Below the pieces are notes generated by a model. It had not been told where the DNA came from and did not search any database. It saw only the letters and a list, made by a program, of their open reading frames with translations. 64,000 nucleotides of DNA from Pseudomonas aeruginosa PAO1 (GTDB taxonomy: Bacteria; Pseudomonadota; Gammaproteobacteria; Pseudomonadales; Pseudomonadaceae). Shown one piece after another: positions 47,641 through 58,072 of this stretch; position 1 is the stretch's first letter; each line of letters opens with the position of its first letter. The stretch lies in NCBI RefSeq assembly GCF_000006765.1, contig NC_002516.2, one strand, 5' to 3'. The translations under genes were made by a program, and so were the position numbers.

Positions 47641-47733
47641 ATGAAACTCAGCATTGTCGCCCTGGGCCTGTTGTCCATGGCAGGGGTGCTCATCTGCACC
47701 TATCTGATCCTGAAATCGCTCAGCGCCATCTGA
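47641..47733 (+). CDS. 30-aa hydrophobic peptide (candidate type I toxin-like small protein)
   Basis: GAGGA SD; MKLSIVALGLLSMAGVLICTYLILKSLSAI*. Confidence 0.55.
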   Translation: MKLSIVALGLLSMAGVLICTYLILKSLSAI

Positions 47734-47872
47734 TATCGCTCGTGCACGAAGCTGTGGATCGCCCATGGGCAGATCCAGCAGTCCGCGCGTAGGATGGGCA
47801 GGCCCGCTTCCTGCCCATTTTCCGCCAGGAAAAGAGAGGAATTCCTTTCCGAGATTTCCACAGAGGTCATGG

Positions 47873-48250
47873 ATGAAAAAAAGCCCCCTGCTGATACTGA
47901 GCGTACTCCTCGCCGCGTGCGGCCCCGACAAGCTGATTTCCGACCTGCCGTCGCCGAACGGGCAATACCACGTCGAGGTTCGGAAATGCCCGGAGAAAGG
48001 TTCGATCACCTGGGGCGAAGAAATACAGGTCTCCCTCCTCGAAACCGGGAAATCGGAAAAGTGCCATGCAGTCGTGCGGTCGCTGGCGCAATTCGACCTG
48101 CGCGCATCCGCGGACCAATTGCAACTGGAGTGGCTGTCCGATACGGAACTCAGGGCCTGGCACCCTAGCTTCGAGCCCGGGAACCAACCGAACGGCTCGC
48201 GCCTGAAGCACGATGCGCCGGTGAAGATGGTCTTTGCGCCGAAGCGCTGA
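47873..48250 (+). CDS. Lipoprotein
   Basis: GAGG SD; MKKSPLLILSVLLAAC lipobox. Confidence 0.8.
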   Translation: MKKSPLLILSVLLAACGPDKLISDLPSPNGQYHVEVRKCPEKGSITWGEEIQVSLLETGKSEKCHAVVRSLAQFDLRASADQLQLEWLSDTELRAWHPSFEPGNQPNGSRLKHDAPVKMVFAPKR

Positions 48251-48338
48251 GCGACTCAAAGGACGCACCTGTATTCCGCCGCAGCAGGAGATGTCAAAGC
48301 AGTCCGCTTACTCGAGCTACACACCCGCGAGTGCCTGA

Positions 48339-48629
48339 TTAAAGACTGGCAAATATGAAACAAAGCGGCGCCATCCACAGCGCCAGGTTGATCGTCCATT
48401 GCAGCGCTCTTTCGCGAGCGCTTCCCAGCTTTCGCTGCTGGAGCACGAATGCCAACGCAGGGGAATGCAGCAACAGGGCGCAGGCAGGAAAGACCAGCAG
48501 GTAGGCGATCAGCCCAGGCGCATTCATATTGGGATAGCTATGGCTGACGAGCGATCGCCAGTACGCCACCAGGAAAGCGCTCGCGACCGCGAGGCTGAGT
48601 CCCAGGCTGATGCGGCTATACCACTTCAT
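48339..48629 (-). CDS. Three-TM small membrane protein
   Basis: GGGAGG SD; hydrophobic helices. Confidence 0.75.
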   Translation of the reverse strand: MKWYSRISLGLSLAVASAFLVAYWRSLVSHSYPNMNAPGLIAYLLVFPACALLLHSPALAFVLQQRKLGSARERALQWTINLALWMAPLCFIFASL

Positions 48630-48722
48630 CGAGACCCTCCCGACGCGCCTTCCGGACCTACGCCGATCGCTCCGGAAAACGGCCCGATCCGCCTCGCCTC
48701 ACCCTGCTTCAGTCAGAGCGGC

Positions 48723-49319
48723 TCAGGGCTTCCGGGGTTCGTTGCCGAGCAGACGATCGAGTTCGCCCATGACGCGATCGCTCTTGGCCTCTTCGAGCTT
48801 GCGCCGGGCCTCGGCGAGATTGGCCTGGGCGCGCTCCATCTCGACCATGCCGACGGCGGTGATCACCGCCTGCAATGGCACGCCCCTGCCGGTGGAGCGC
48901 ATGCCATTGCGTTCGCGCTCCTGCGGCGCGCAGATGAACTGGAGGACAGCCTCATGGCTTTCGTTGGGCAGCGGGGTCCAGCCCTTGGCGAAGGTGAACT
49001 GGAGGTTCGTGGGTTGCCCGTTGTTGGAGAAGGTCTTGGCGTTGACCACCTTCACCTCTCGCGTATCGCAGCGGTACTGGTGCGCGCTGAGCAGATGGAA
49101 GGAGTCGAACAGCATGGCGATCTGCACCTGCCAGGCGTTTTCGATACCCGGCACGGGTGCCAGCGAATCGGCATCGGCCAGGAACACGTCAAGCTCGGCA
49201 GGGTCGTCGCCCTTGTGTACCACCCACCAGTCTTCGGCCCAGGCATGGCCGGATGCGGCCAGCAGCGCGGCGCACAGCCAAGTCGCGGCACTGCGGGAAA
49301 CCTTGCGATATACGTTCAT
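48723..49319 (-). CDS. Exported protein, 198 aa
   Basis: AAGGAAGG SD; signal peptide ending AWA; C-terminal part of ORF 48723..50480. Confidence 0.8.
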   Translation of the reverse strand: MNVYRKVSRSAATWLCAALLAASGHAWAEDWWVVHKGDDPAELDVFLADADSLAPVPGIENAWQVQIAMLFDSFHLLSAHQYRCDTREVKVVNAKTFSNNGQPTNLQFTFAKGWTPLPNESHEAVLQFICAPQERERNGMRSTGRGVPLQAVITAVGMVEMERAQANLAEARRKLEEAKSDRVMGELDRLLGNEPRKP

Positions 49320-49399
49320 GTCACCTTCCTTGTGGGGAAATGCTTCCCTGCCGATCGTGGATAGGGGCGGCACCCGGCGCCCCCCTGAGCGAACACCCG

Positions 49400-50434
49400 C
49401 TATTTCAATGACAGCGGCACGCCCCAGACCGGGTCTTCCATGCCCTGCTTGCGCAGCGGCGTGATCTGCAGGGGCTGGAGTCTGGACAGCAGTTGCCGGT
49501 GCTTGTCGCTCAGGGCCCGCTGGGCGATCAGGGACTGGCTGAAGTCCATCGGCGCCGGCCAGGTGTAGACGGTCAGGTTTTCCAATGGGCATTCGATCTT
49601 CTTCGGATCGATCGCCCGGCACTTCGACTGCTGGTACTTGTAGCCGGGGGTCTTCAGGTGCATGCGCGGGGCCAGCAGCAATTGCCCGCCCTGCACGGTG
49701 AAGCTGGCCAGCGCCTTGTCGACCGGCAGGCGCGCCTGGACCTTGATCGAGGGCACGTCGCGGGAGTCGGTCTGCTGGTAATAGCCGGCCTGGGAGCCCT
49801 GGGTCGTCTGCGTGTATTGCTGCTCGCCCCAGCTCACGCAGGCGCCCGAGGCCACATGCACGGCGGTGCAGACCTTCTCGGTCTTGATCTCGCTGCCATA
49901 GGTGGCATCTTTCCAGACTTCTTCCCGGTAGTACTCGCGATACAGCTCGGGGGACAGGTACGCGGTGCCGTTGGCGCCATGGCCCGAACCGGGCGGACCG
50001 CTGCGGGCGCCGACCTGGTCGAGCAAGCCATGGATCTGGTAGTCGTCGCCGCCGGTCAGCAGGTACTTGCCGGGCGGCAGGATATGCACCTCGAAGGCCT
50101 TGAACAGATAGGTCTCGTCGGGCTTCCGCTGCAGCGCGTTGGTCTGGAACTTGCGGCCGAAGGTCACCTTCGGGTCCTTCTCGTACTCCCAGATCGCCGT
50201 TGGCGTCCACTGGGTCATGGTCAGGGCATCGCTCAGGGACTTGTGCGGCATCACGTCGGCCACCAGTACCACGGCCATGTTCCCCTTCAGCGCCTGGTCC
50301 ACCAGGTCCAGCATCTGCGCGTTGCGCGGATCGTCCATGCTGCCATAGGCGCCCGAATCGAGTTCCGACACGCAACCGGAAAGGCAAAGCAGCAAGGCGG
50401 CGGAAAGGGCAAAACGCGGGCGGGGCAGTCTCAT
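49400..50434 (-). CDS. Lipoprotein, 344 aa
   Basis: MRLPRPRFALSAALLLCLSGC lipobox at ATG 50434. Confidence 0.8.
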   Translation of the reverse strand: MRLPRPRFALSAALLLCLSGCVSELDSGAYGSMDDPRNAQMLDLVDQALKGNMAVVLVADVMPHKSLSDALTMTQWTPTAIWEYEKDPKVTFGRKFQTNALQRKPDETYLFKAFEVHILPPGKYLLTGGDDYQIHGLLDQVGARSGPPGSGHGANGTAYLSPELYREYYREEVWKDATYGSEIKTEKVCTAVHVASGACVSWGEQQYTQTTQGSQAGYYQQTDSRDVPSIKVQARLPVDKALASFTVQGGQLLLAPRMHLKTPGYKYQQSKCRAIDPKKIECPLENLTVYTWPAPMDFSQSLIAQRALSDKHRQLLSRLQPLQITPLRKQGMEDPVWGVPLSLK

Positions 50435-50699
50435 GCATCGATCCTTGATAGAGGCTGGTGCGGGTCGTCGAACGGCCCATCTTACTGGCCCATGCCAGGA
50501 TCGCAATATTTCAAATGGACTAGGTCGGCAGGGGCACACCGGCAGGGCCAGGAGCTGCCACGGCCCGCCGGCCCTCGTTGGTTCTACGCCTACGCAGACC
50601 TCCAGGCGTTGGGATCGGCGTTGTCTGGCAGGCCAGGCTCGGGAAACGTGCACATCCGGAAGAGTGGTAATCCCGCGCGCATTGAGGCCACGCCAGTCT

Positions 50700-52420
50700 C
50701 TTCGGAGAGTATCCAGATGTACCAGGTGTAAGCACTATATTACGGAGGTTTTGTCAGTGACTGAAAAACGGTCGCAGCCTACCCTTACCGCTGCAGTTTT
50801 TAATGGGCCGAGCAAGCTAGACCTCCTGCCCGTCCGGTAGATGCGATTCAGCAATCGCTCCGCTTGATTTCTAGTCAGTGGGCAGCTAAATCCATGCTCT
50901 GACCCGATAATACCCGGTAGCGAATCGAGTCGTGGCACTATTGTCGATTCCTCCGAAATATCCCGTGCCCCATACTGCCGCTCCAGTTCCAAGCCGAATA
51001 TTCAAGCTACCCACTTCAACCTGAGCCCCACTGCCTTTATGCCCTCCATCATTGAAATAACTGGGCATGACAATGTTCCATGTTGATGGACTCGATGACC
51101 TTGCAAACTCAACGACCACCCGACGCGGCGACCTCTGGAGTCCATGACTCAGGGTATACAAACTATTTGAAGAAACAGAAAACCAGTCTGACTCAAAATC
51201 CGGGACTCCTCCCAGATACACTTCAAACTGATAAGCTCCCGACGTCGTAGAAGACGTCTCCCTGAATAGATTACCCAGTATTCTTCGACCTCCCAAAACG
51301 ACTTGACTAGTATAACCGGAGGCGGCTGGCGCACTATACACAGGAACACGCTCCGTCCAGCCGGAGGAGCCTGCTACGGCTTTCGCCAGCAGGATTGTTC
51401 TGTAATAACAAAAATGAGTCGTTCTGTTCGTGTACAAAAGAACTACATGTGGTGTACCTCCCTCAGAATAAATATAGGAGAGAGAAGGGGCTACGAGAAT
51501 ATCGGTAGAGTCACCATTTTGTGCAGTCACATTACCCTGATCAGTCCATGTGCCGCCGTCGTCCAGACTTATAAACTGACGTAACGCTCCTCCGGCACCA
51601 GATCCTACTCTGGCTACAGCCAGAATTACGCCATCTCCCACAGGAAGGTAAGAAGTCTCATTGTATGGTGTGTTCCCGCTGTAGATCGTGCTTCCTTCGC
51701 CCCAAGTTTCTCCGCCATCAGAAGACTCTAGCCATTTCAGTTCATAATTGACTCCCGTCGCCGCGTAAAGAGGAATCACATAGCGTGCCCCTACTTGAAA
51801 ACTTTTTCCATGAGCAAAATTATAATCCGCCCCACCTCTAGCCAATGTGAATTTATGTACCCATGTCACACCTGAATCATCAGATACATAGACCTTCACC
51901 TCTCCTGTTTCATAAACCGTCGAGGCCGCGACGATCCTTCCGCTAGGCATCGTCCCACCAGCTACATCTCGAAAATCCTGTCCTCCCGCCTGGGCAACTA
52001 TGGTAGGCGCACTCCAAATACCACCCTCCAGTTTACTGAAAACAACACGCCCATCACTACCACCTACATGCTCTGTTGCCCGCCTATATATTAGGTACAA
52101 ACTTCCATCTGACAATATATCCATTTGGCCAAAATGATCATAATATGATTCATACAGAGCCTTTCCCACTAGCCGATGCGGAATATCAAAATAAGTATTC
52201 ATCCTTCACTCCTTCGGTCAAATTAGGCCAACACACTCGCCCCACTCAACAGCTCTACCCTACAAACCTTGACTACCCGGCCAACTATAAAATTCTTCAA
52301 AAATAAATATTGAAAAAAATTTCTGATGAAAAACTCATGAATGAATACAGGTGCCGGACCGACGGCAGACTTATAATCATCTCGGCATCCCACCAGCCCC
52401 GGCTCTTGCACGCATTCACA
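50700..52420. mobile_element. AT-rich horizontally acquired islet (no integrase visible)
   Basis: Visible compositional shift relative to the flanks; adjacent to the 5' end of dusA; boundaries approximate. Confidence 0.55.
50886..52202 (-). CDS. nanA: BNR-repeat sialidase-like protein (PA2794 pseudaminidase/neuraminidase)
   Basis: Asp boxes SDDSGVTW, SSDGGETW, SLDDGGTW; 438 aa; AT-rich DNA and atypical codon use. Confidence 0.85.
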   Translation of the reverse strand: MNTYFDIPHRLVGKALYESYYDHFGQMDILSDGSLYLIYRRATEHVGGSDGRVVFSKLEGGIWSAPTIVAQAGGQDFRDVAGGTMPSGRIVAASTVYETGEVKVYVSDDSGVTWVHKFTLARGGADYNFAHGKSFQVGARYVIPLYAATGVNYELKWLESSDGGETWGEGSTIYSGNTPYNETSYLPVGDGVILAVARVGSGAGGALRQFISLDDGGTWTDQGNVTAQNGDSTDILVAPSLSYIYSEGGTPHVVLLYTNRTTHFCYYRTILLAKAVAGSSGWTERVPVYSAPAASGYTSQVVLGGRRILGNLFRETSSTTSGAYQFEVYLGGVPDFESDWFSVSSNSLYTLSHGLQRSPRRVVVEFARSSSPSTWNIVMPSYFNDGGHKGSGAQVEVGSLNIRLGTGAAVWGTGYFGGIDNSATTRFATGYYRVRAWI

Positions 52421-52503
52421 CTAGCACGCTCATCCCGCCCCTCCTCCACCTCCATACCTGATAAAATCCCTCGCCCTGCTCCGCTCTCCCTGCCGAAGTC
52501 CCG

Positions 52504-53502
<999 letters not shown>

Positions 53503-53581
53503 CTCCCATTGAGCCGCGCCTGCGGCTCGGGTAAGGTCGGGGAATTCTTCTTCCCAAGAACCCACCTGACAAGACCTCGCC

Positions 53582-54505
53582 ATGACTTCGAAGCTGGAAC
53601 AACTCAAGCAATACACCACGGTGGTCGCCGACACCGGCGACTTCGATGCCATTGCCCGCCTGAAGCCGGTGGACGCCACCACCAACCCGTCGCTGCTGCT
53701 CAAGGCCGCCGCCCTGCCGCGCTACGCCGAGCACCTTCGACAGGCTACCGCAGGTAGCGGCGGCGACGCCGGACTGGCTTGCGACCGCTTCGCCGTGGCA
53801 GTCGGCAAGGACATCCTCGGAGTCATTCCCGGACGTATTTCCACCGAAGTCGACGCGCGCCTGTCGTTCGACAGCGAGGCCACCCTCGCCCGCGCCCACC
53901 GCCTGATCGAGCTGTACGACGAACAGGGCATCGACCGCGAGCGGGTTCTGATCAAGATCGCCTCCACCTGGGAAGGAATCCGCGCCGCCGAGATTCTGGA
54001 ACGCGAGGGCATCCAGACCAACCTGACCCTGCTGTTCTCCTTCGCCCAGGCGGTGGCCTGCGCCGACGCCGGGGTGTTCCTCATCTCTCCGTTCGTCGGG
54101 CGCATCTACGACTGGTACAAGAAGAGCGAGAACCGCGACTACGCCGGCGCCGAGGATCCCGGCGTGCAGTCGGTCTCGCGCATCTATCGCTACTACAAGG
54201 CCAACGGCTACAAGACGGTGGTGATGGGCGCCAGCTTCCGCAATCTCGGCCAGATCGAGCAACTGGCCGGCTGCGACCGCCTGACCATCAGTCCCGACCT
54301 GCTGCAACAACTGGCTGACGCCCAGGGCGAGCTGCCGCGCCTGCTGCTGCCGGGCGAAGGCGAGCCGCGCCAGGTGCTCGACGAGAGCGCTTTCCGTTGG
54401 CAGATGAACGAGGACGCCATGGCCACCGAAAAGCTGGCCGAAGGCATCCGCCTGTTCGCACGCGACCAGGAAAAGCTCGAATACCAGTTGGCGACCCGCC
54501 ACTGA
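53582..54505 (+). CDS. tal: Transaldolase
   Basis: [32 protein letters not shown]. Confidence 0.98.
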
Positions 54506-54592
54506 TCGCCGCTGCCGGCGGGACGCGCATGCAGGGCGTCCCGTTCCGGCGCAGCGGAGGATTCAGCAGGAATTCGGGAAGGGATCGACCGG

Positions 54593-55075
54593 TTAATGGC
54601 GCTCCAGGGCGCTGACCAGGTCGTGGAAGGCTTCGCGGTTGGATTCGTTGAGGCCCATCAGGATGCGGTGCGCCTCCAGGACCTTGTCGCGCACCACATC
54701 TTCCGACTGGTCCTGCGGCGGCAGGTCGGACAGGCATTCCGGGCACGGAATCGGACGATCGACGATATTGAACACCTGATCGAAGCCCATCGACTGCAAC
54801 AGACGGGTAATGTCCGGATTGGTGGTCACCAGCGTGGGCAACAGGCCGATTTTCTGCCGCGACAGGATGGACAGCTTGGCCAGCAGGCCGAGCGTGGTGC
54901 TATCGATGCTCTGGGTTTCCGTAAGATCGATGATGATCGCCGAAAAATTCAGCGCAGCGAAGATCTTTTCGATGGTGGAATCCAGGGCCGAGCACAGGGT
55001 GAGGCGGACCTCACCGACGAATTTCAGAACGAAGGAGCCGTTCTGTTCGGCAAACTGGATTTTACCGGTACTCAT
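54593..55075 (-). CDS. rssC: STAS anti-sigma-factor antagonist
   Basis: IDLTETQSIDSTTLGLL; overlaps the rssB stop. Confidence 0.8.
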   Translation of the reverse strand: MSTGKIQFAEQNGSFVLKFVGEVRLTLCSALDSTIEKIFAALNFSAIIIDLTETQSIDSTTLGLLAKLSILSRQKIGLLPTLVTTNPDITRLLQSMGFDQVFNIVDRPIPCPECLSDLPPQDQSEDVVRDKVLEAHRILMGLNESNREAFHDLVSALERH

Positions 55076-56256
55076 GCAAGGTTCCTGCTCAACACCAGCA
55101 AGGCGATATCATCCGGCATCTCCGCCAGGTTGGCCAGCCCGAAGACCTGGCGCAGCCCGTCGAGGGTGCCTCCGGCGGCTGCCACCTGTTCCGGTAGCGA
55201 AGCCTCTTTCTCCTTCAGCGTAGCTCCTGGCAGCACATCGAGGATGCCATCGGAAAACAGCGACAGGCTGAAGGAAGGCGGCAACTCCATGACCCGGTCG
55301 TCATAGGTCGCATCGTCGAACAGGCCCACCGGCAGGCCACGGCCCTCCAGGTAGCCCGCCTGCCCTTCGACGAACAACACAGGAAGCGGCAGGTGGCCGC
55401 CGATGCTGTAGGTCAGGCTGTTCTTCTCCAGGTCGATGACCCCGCCGAGCATGGTCACGTGCTTGCCCAACTTGGTGTTGATCAGGCCGCGGTTGATGTG
55501 CGCCAGCACCTCGGACGGCTTGAACTCCGGGAGCGTGCCGTTGCGCCTCGACTCATAGAGCAGGCGCGTGGTCATGAACTTCAGCAGCACCGTGACGAAG
55601 GCCGAGGAAGCGCCATGGCCGGAAACGTCGGCCAGGTAGAACGCCACGCGTCGCTCGTCGACCCGGAAGTAGTCGACGAAGTCGCCGGAGAGATACAGCG
55701 ACGGAATGATCCGGTGGGAAAACTCCAGCCCCTCGATGCTCCACGGCGTCACCGGAAGCATGTTCATCTGCACCTGGCGGCCGGCGTTCTGGTCTTCCTG
55801 GAGCAGGTTCAGGCTGGCCTGCAATTCGCGGTTGGCGGCTTCCAGCTTGTCGCGGTAGCGCTGGTTCTCGACCCGCAGGTAAGCGCGATCCAGGGCCCGG
55901 CGCACCGAATGCTCGAGCACCGCGAGGTCTTCCAGGGGCTTGATCAGGTAGTCGGCGGCGCCCAGGCGCAAGGCTTCCACCGCATCGCTCATCACGCCGG
56001 CTCCGGAAAGTACGATGATCGGCGTTTCCGAAGCGGTCTGGCGGATGCGGCGGATCAGTTCGAGGCCGTCGATCTGCGGCATGCGCAAATCGCAAATGAC
56101 CAGGTCCGGCTGTTCGCTTTCGAAGATCTGCAGGCCCTGCAGACCGTTGAGGGCCTGCAACACCTTGAAGTTGCTGTCTTCCAAGTAGGCGGCGAGGCTT
56201 TCGCGCACCACCTCGTCGTCATCGATGATCAGCAGCGTGGCACTGACTTTATGCAT
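55072..56256 (-). CDS. rssB: Response regulator with a PP2C-like (SpoIIE) domain
   Basis: Receiver domain (DLRMP); LSGDFVD, DVSGHG, FSDGI, DDIA. Confidence 0.85.
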   Translation of the reverse strand: MHKVSATLLIIDDDEVVRESLAAYLEDSNFKVLQALNGLQGLQIFESEQPDLVICDLRMPQIDGLELIRRIRQTASETPIIVLSGAGVMSDAVEALRLGAADYLIKPLEDLAVLEHSVRRALDRAYLRVENQRYRDKLEAANRELQASLNLLQEDQNAGRQVQMNMLPVTPWSIEGLEFSHRIIPSLYLSGDFVDYFRVDERRVAFYLADVSGHGASSAFVTVLLKFMTTRLLYESRRNGTLPEFKPSEVLAHINRGLINTKLGKHVTMLGGVIDLEKNSLTYSIGGHLPLPVLFVEGQAGYLEGRGLPVGLFDDATYDDRVMELPPSFSLSLFSDGILDVLPGATLKEKEASLPEQVAAAGGTLDGLRQVFGLANLAEMPDDIALLVLSRNLA

Positions 56257-56502
56257 GGGTCATCCAGGCAAACGGCGCCGGAAACAGTGGGTCCTAGGCG
56301 CTTATTGTAAGTGACAACAGCGCGGCTACGGGGTTCGACAAGGCGCAGACGGTACTCCCATCCGTTGAGCAGTTCAAGCCGTTGACCTTTGCCGGAAAAT
56401 CCGCCTTTGTCCGTCCGATCCCGTCCGCACGGTATAAACTTTGACGATAATCGCCAGGATTGCCAGTCGCCCTCCCATCGCCCCGACCATGAGGATCAGC
56501 CC

Positions 56503-56802
56503 ATGCAGCCCATCGAGCACAACTACAGCGAGAAGCGCGACTTCATCCGCATGAAGCTCGACACCCCGGTCACCATCCGCTGCGAAGGCCGCGAGTCGGT
56601 GGCCCTGTGCCGGGACCTGTCCGCCAGCGGGCTGCTGCTGGAAGCGCAAAGCGAACTGGCTCCGGGCGACCACCTGCGGGTGAGCATCCCGTCCACCCAC
56701 GAGACGCTCACCGGCCTGGAACTGGAAGCCCGCGTGGTGCGCTGCGAACGCCTCGGCCCGGGTCGGCATAGCCTGGGGCTGAGCATCGTCGCGATCCACT
56801 GA
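56503..56802 (+). CDS. hapZ: Single-domain PilZ protein
   Basis: EKRDFIRM (RxxxR), DLSASG (DxSxxG); 99 aa; synteny. Confidence 0.8.
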   Translation: MQPIEHNYSEKRDFIRMKLDTPVTIRCEGRESVALCRDLSASGLLLEAQSELAPGDHLRVSIPSTHETLTGLELEARVVRCERLGPGRHSLGLSIVAIH

Positions 56803-56859
56803 AACGACGAAAGGCGACCCAAGGGCCGCCTTTCCAGGTGTCGCACGAAGCGGGTCGAC

Positions 56860-57564
56860 TTAGAAGTCGTCCTCCACCTCGCCGTCCTTGACCTTGAACT
56901 CGCGGTTCTGCAGGTAGGCGTTGCGGATGAAGATGTACTTGTCGCCGCTGATCAGTTTTTCCGACTTCAGCAGGTTGGCACGGGTGTCGACGGTATTGAT
57001 GCCGAACATCACGTTGCGCGCGCGTACGTCGTCCATGTAGTGGTAGGGACTGACATAGATGTCCGGGATCTTCGCCGGGGCATCGCGCAGCGTGCTCGGG
57101 CCGAGGAACGGCAGCATCACGTACGGGCCGCTGCCGACGCCCCAATAACCCAGGGTCTGGCCGAAGTCCTCATCGTTGCGCTGCAGGCCCATCGGGGTCG
57201 CCACGTCGATCAAGCCGGCCAGGCCGAAGGTGCTGTTGAACAGCAGGCGGCTGGTGTCCACGCCGGCATTGTGGAACTTGGCCTGCAACAGGTTGTTGGC
57301 CAGGTTCTTCACGTCGCCGAGGTTGTTGAAGAAGTTGTGCACGCCGTCCTGAACGAAGTTCGGGGTGACCTTCTGGTAACCCTGGGCCAGCGGTTTCAGC
57401 GCATAGGTGTCCAGGGTGTCGTTGAAGGTGAAGATGGGACGGTTGATGCTTTCCCAAGGGTCTTCTTCACTGGCCGCCAGGGACAGCGTGGGTGCCAATG
57501 CGAGGCTGGCGCAAGCCAGGATTCGGGCACTACGTTCGATCCAGTTCACGCCGCGGGCGCGCAT
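56860..57564 (-). CDS. mlaA: MlaA/VacJ lipoprotein family
   Basis: DPWESINRPIF, EDFGQTLGYWG, GPYVMLPFLGPSTLRD. Confidence 0.95.
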   Translation of the reverse strand: MRARGVNWIERSARILACASLALAPTLSLAASEEDPWESINRPIFTFNDTLDTYALKPLAQGYQKVTPNFVQDGVHNFFNNLGDVKNLANNLLQAKFHNAGVDTSRLLFNSTFGLAGLIDVATPMGLQRNDEDFGQTLGYWGVGSGPYVMLPFLGPSTLRDAPAKIPDIYVSPYHYMDDVRARNVMFGINTVDTRANLLKSEKLISGDKYIFIRNAYLQNREFKVKDGEVEDDF

Positions 57565-57666
57565 TGCTGTATCTCCTTTGCATGACTAGTCTTGGCCGCC
57601 AGCGCGGCTTCAGCGTGCGCGCAGTATATAGGCTCGCATCGATTTTGAGACTAGAAGAGTTACGAG

Positions 57667-58071
57667 ATGGCTGACAGACAATTGCTACACACGGCCCATA
57701 TCCCGGTGCGCTGGGGCGACATGGACAGCTACGGGCACGTCAACAACACCCTCTATTTCCAGTACCTGGAAGAGGCCCGGGTGGCCTGGTTCGAAACCCT
57801 CGGCATCGACCTGGAAGGCGCTGCCGAGGGGCCGGTCGTGCTGCAAAGCCTGCACACCTACCTGAAGCCGGTGGTGCATCCGGCCACCGTGGTGGTGGAA
57901 CTGTACGCCGGCAGGCTGGGCACCAGCAGCCTGGTACTGGAACATCGCCTGCACACCCTGGAAGATCCGCAAGGCACCTATGGCGAAGGCCACTGCAAGC
58001 TGGTCTGGGTGCGCCACGCGGAAAACCGTTCGACGCCCGTGCCGGACAGCATACGCGCCGCGATCGCCTGA
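57667..58071 (+). CDS. Acyl-CoA thioesterase (4HBT/YbgC-like)
   Basis: RWGDMDSYGHVNNTLY. Confidence 0.93.
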   Translation: MADRQLLHTAHIPVRWGDMDSYGHVNNTLYFQYLEEARVAWFETLGIDLEGAAEGPVVLQSLHTYLKPVVHPATVVVELYAGRLGTSSLVLEHRLHTLEDPQGTYGEGHCKLVWVRHAENRSTPVPDSIRAAIA

Positions 58072-58072
58072 C

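Noticed and set aside
50505-50530. Possible attL copy of the dusA 5' segment
   Set aside because: Only about 7 bp (ATGGACT) match, which is too short to support.
50492-50992. Short ORFs beside the sialidase islet (plus 50492-50731, minus 50520-50735, minus 50735-50992)
   Set aside because: No recognisable motifs, no clear SD, and mutually overlapping. They cannot be called without blastx.
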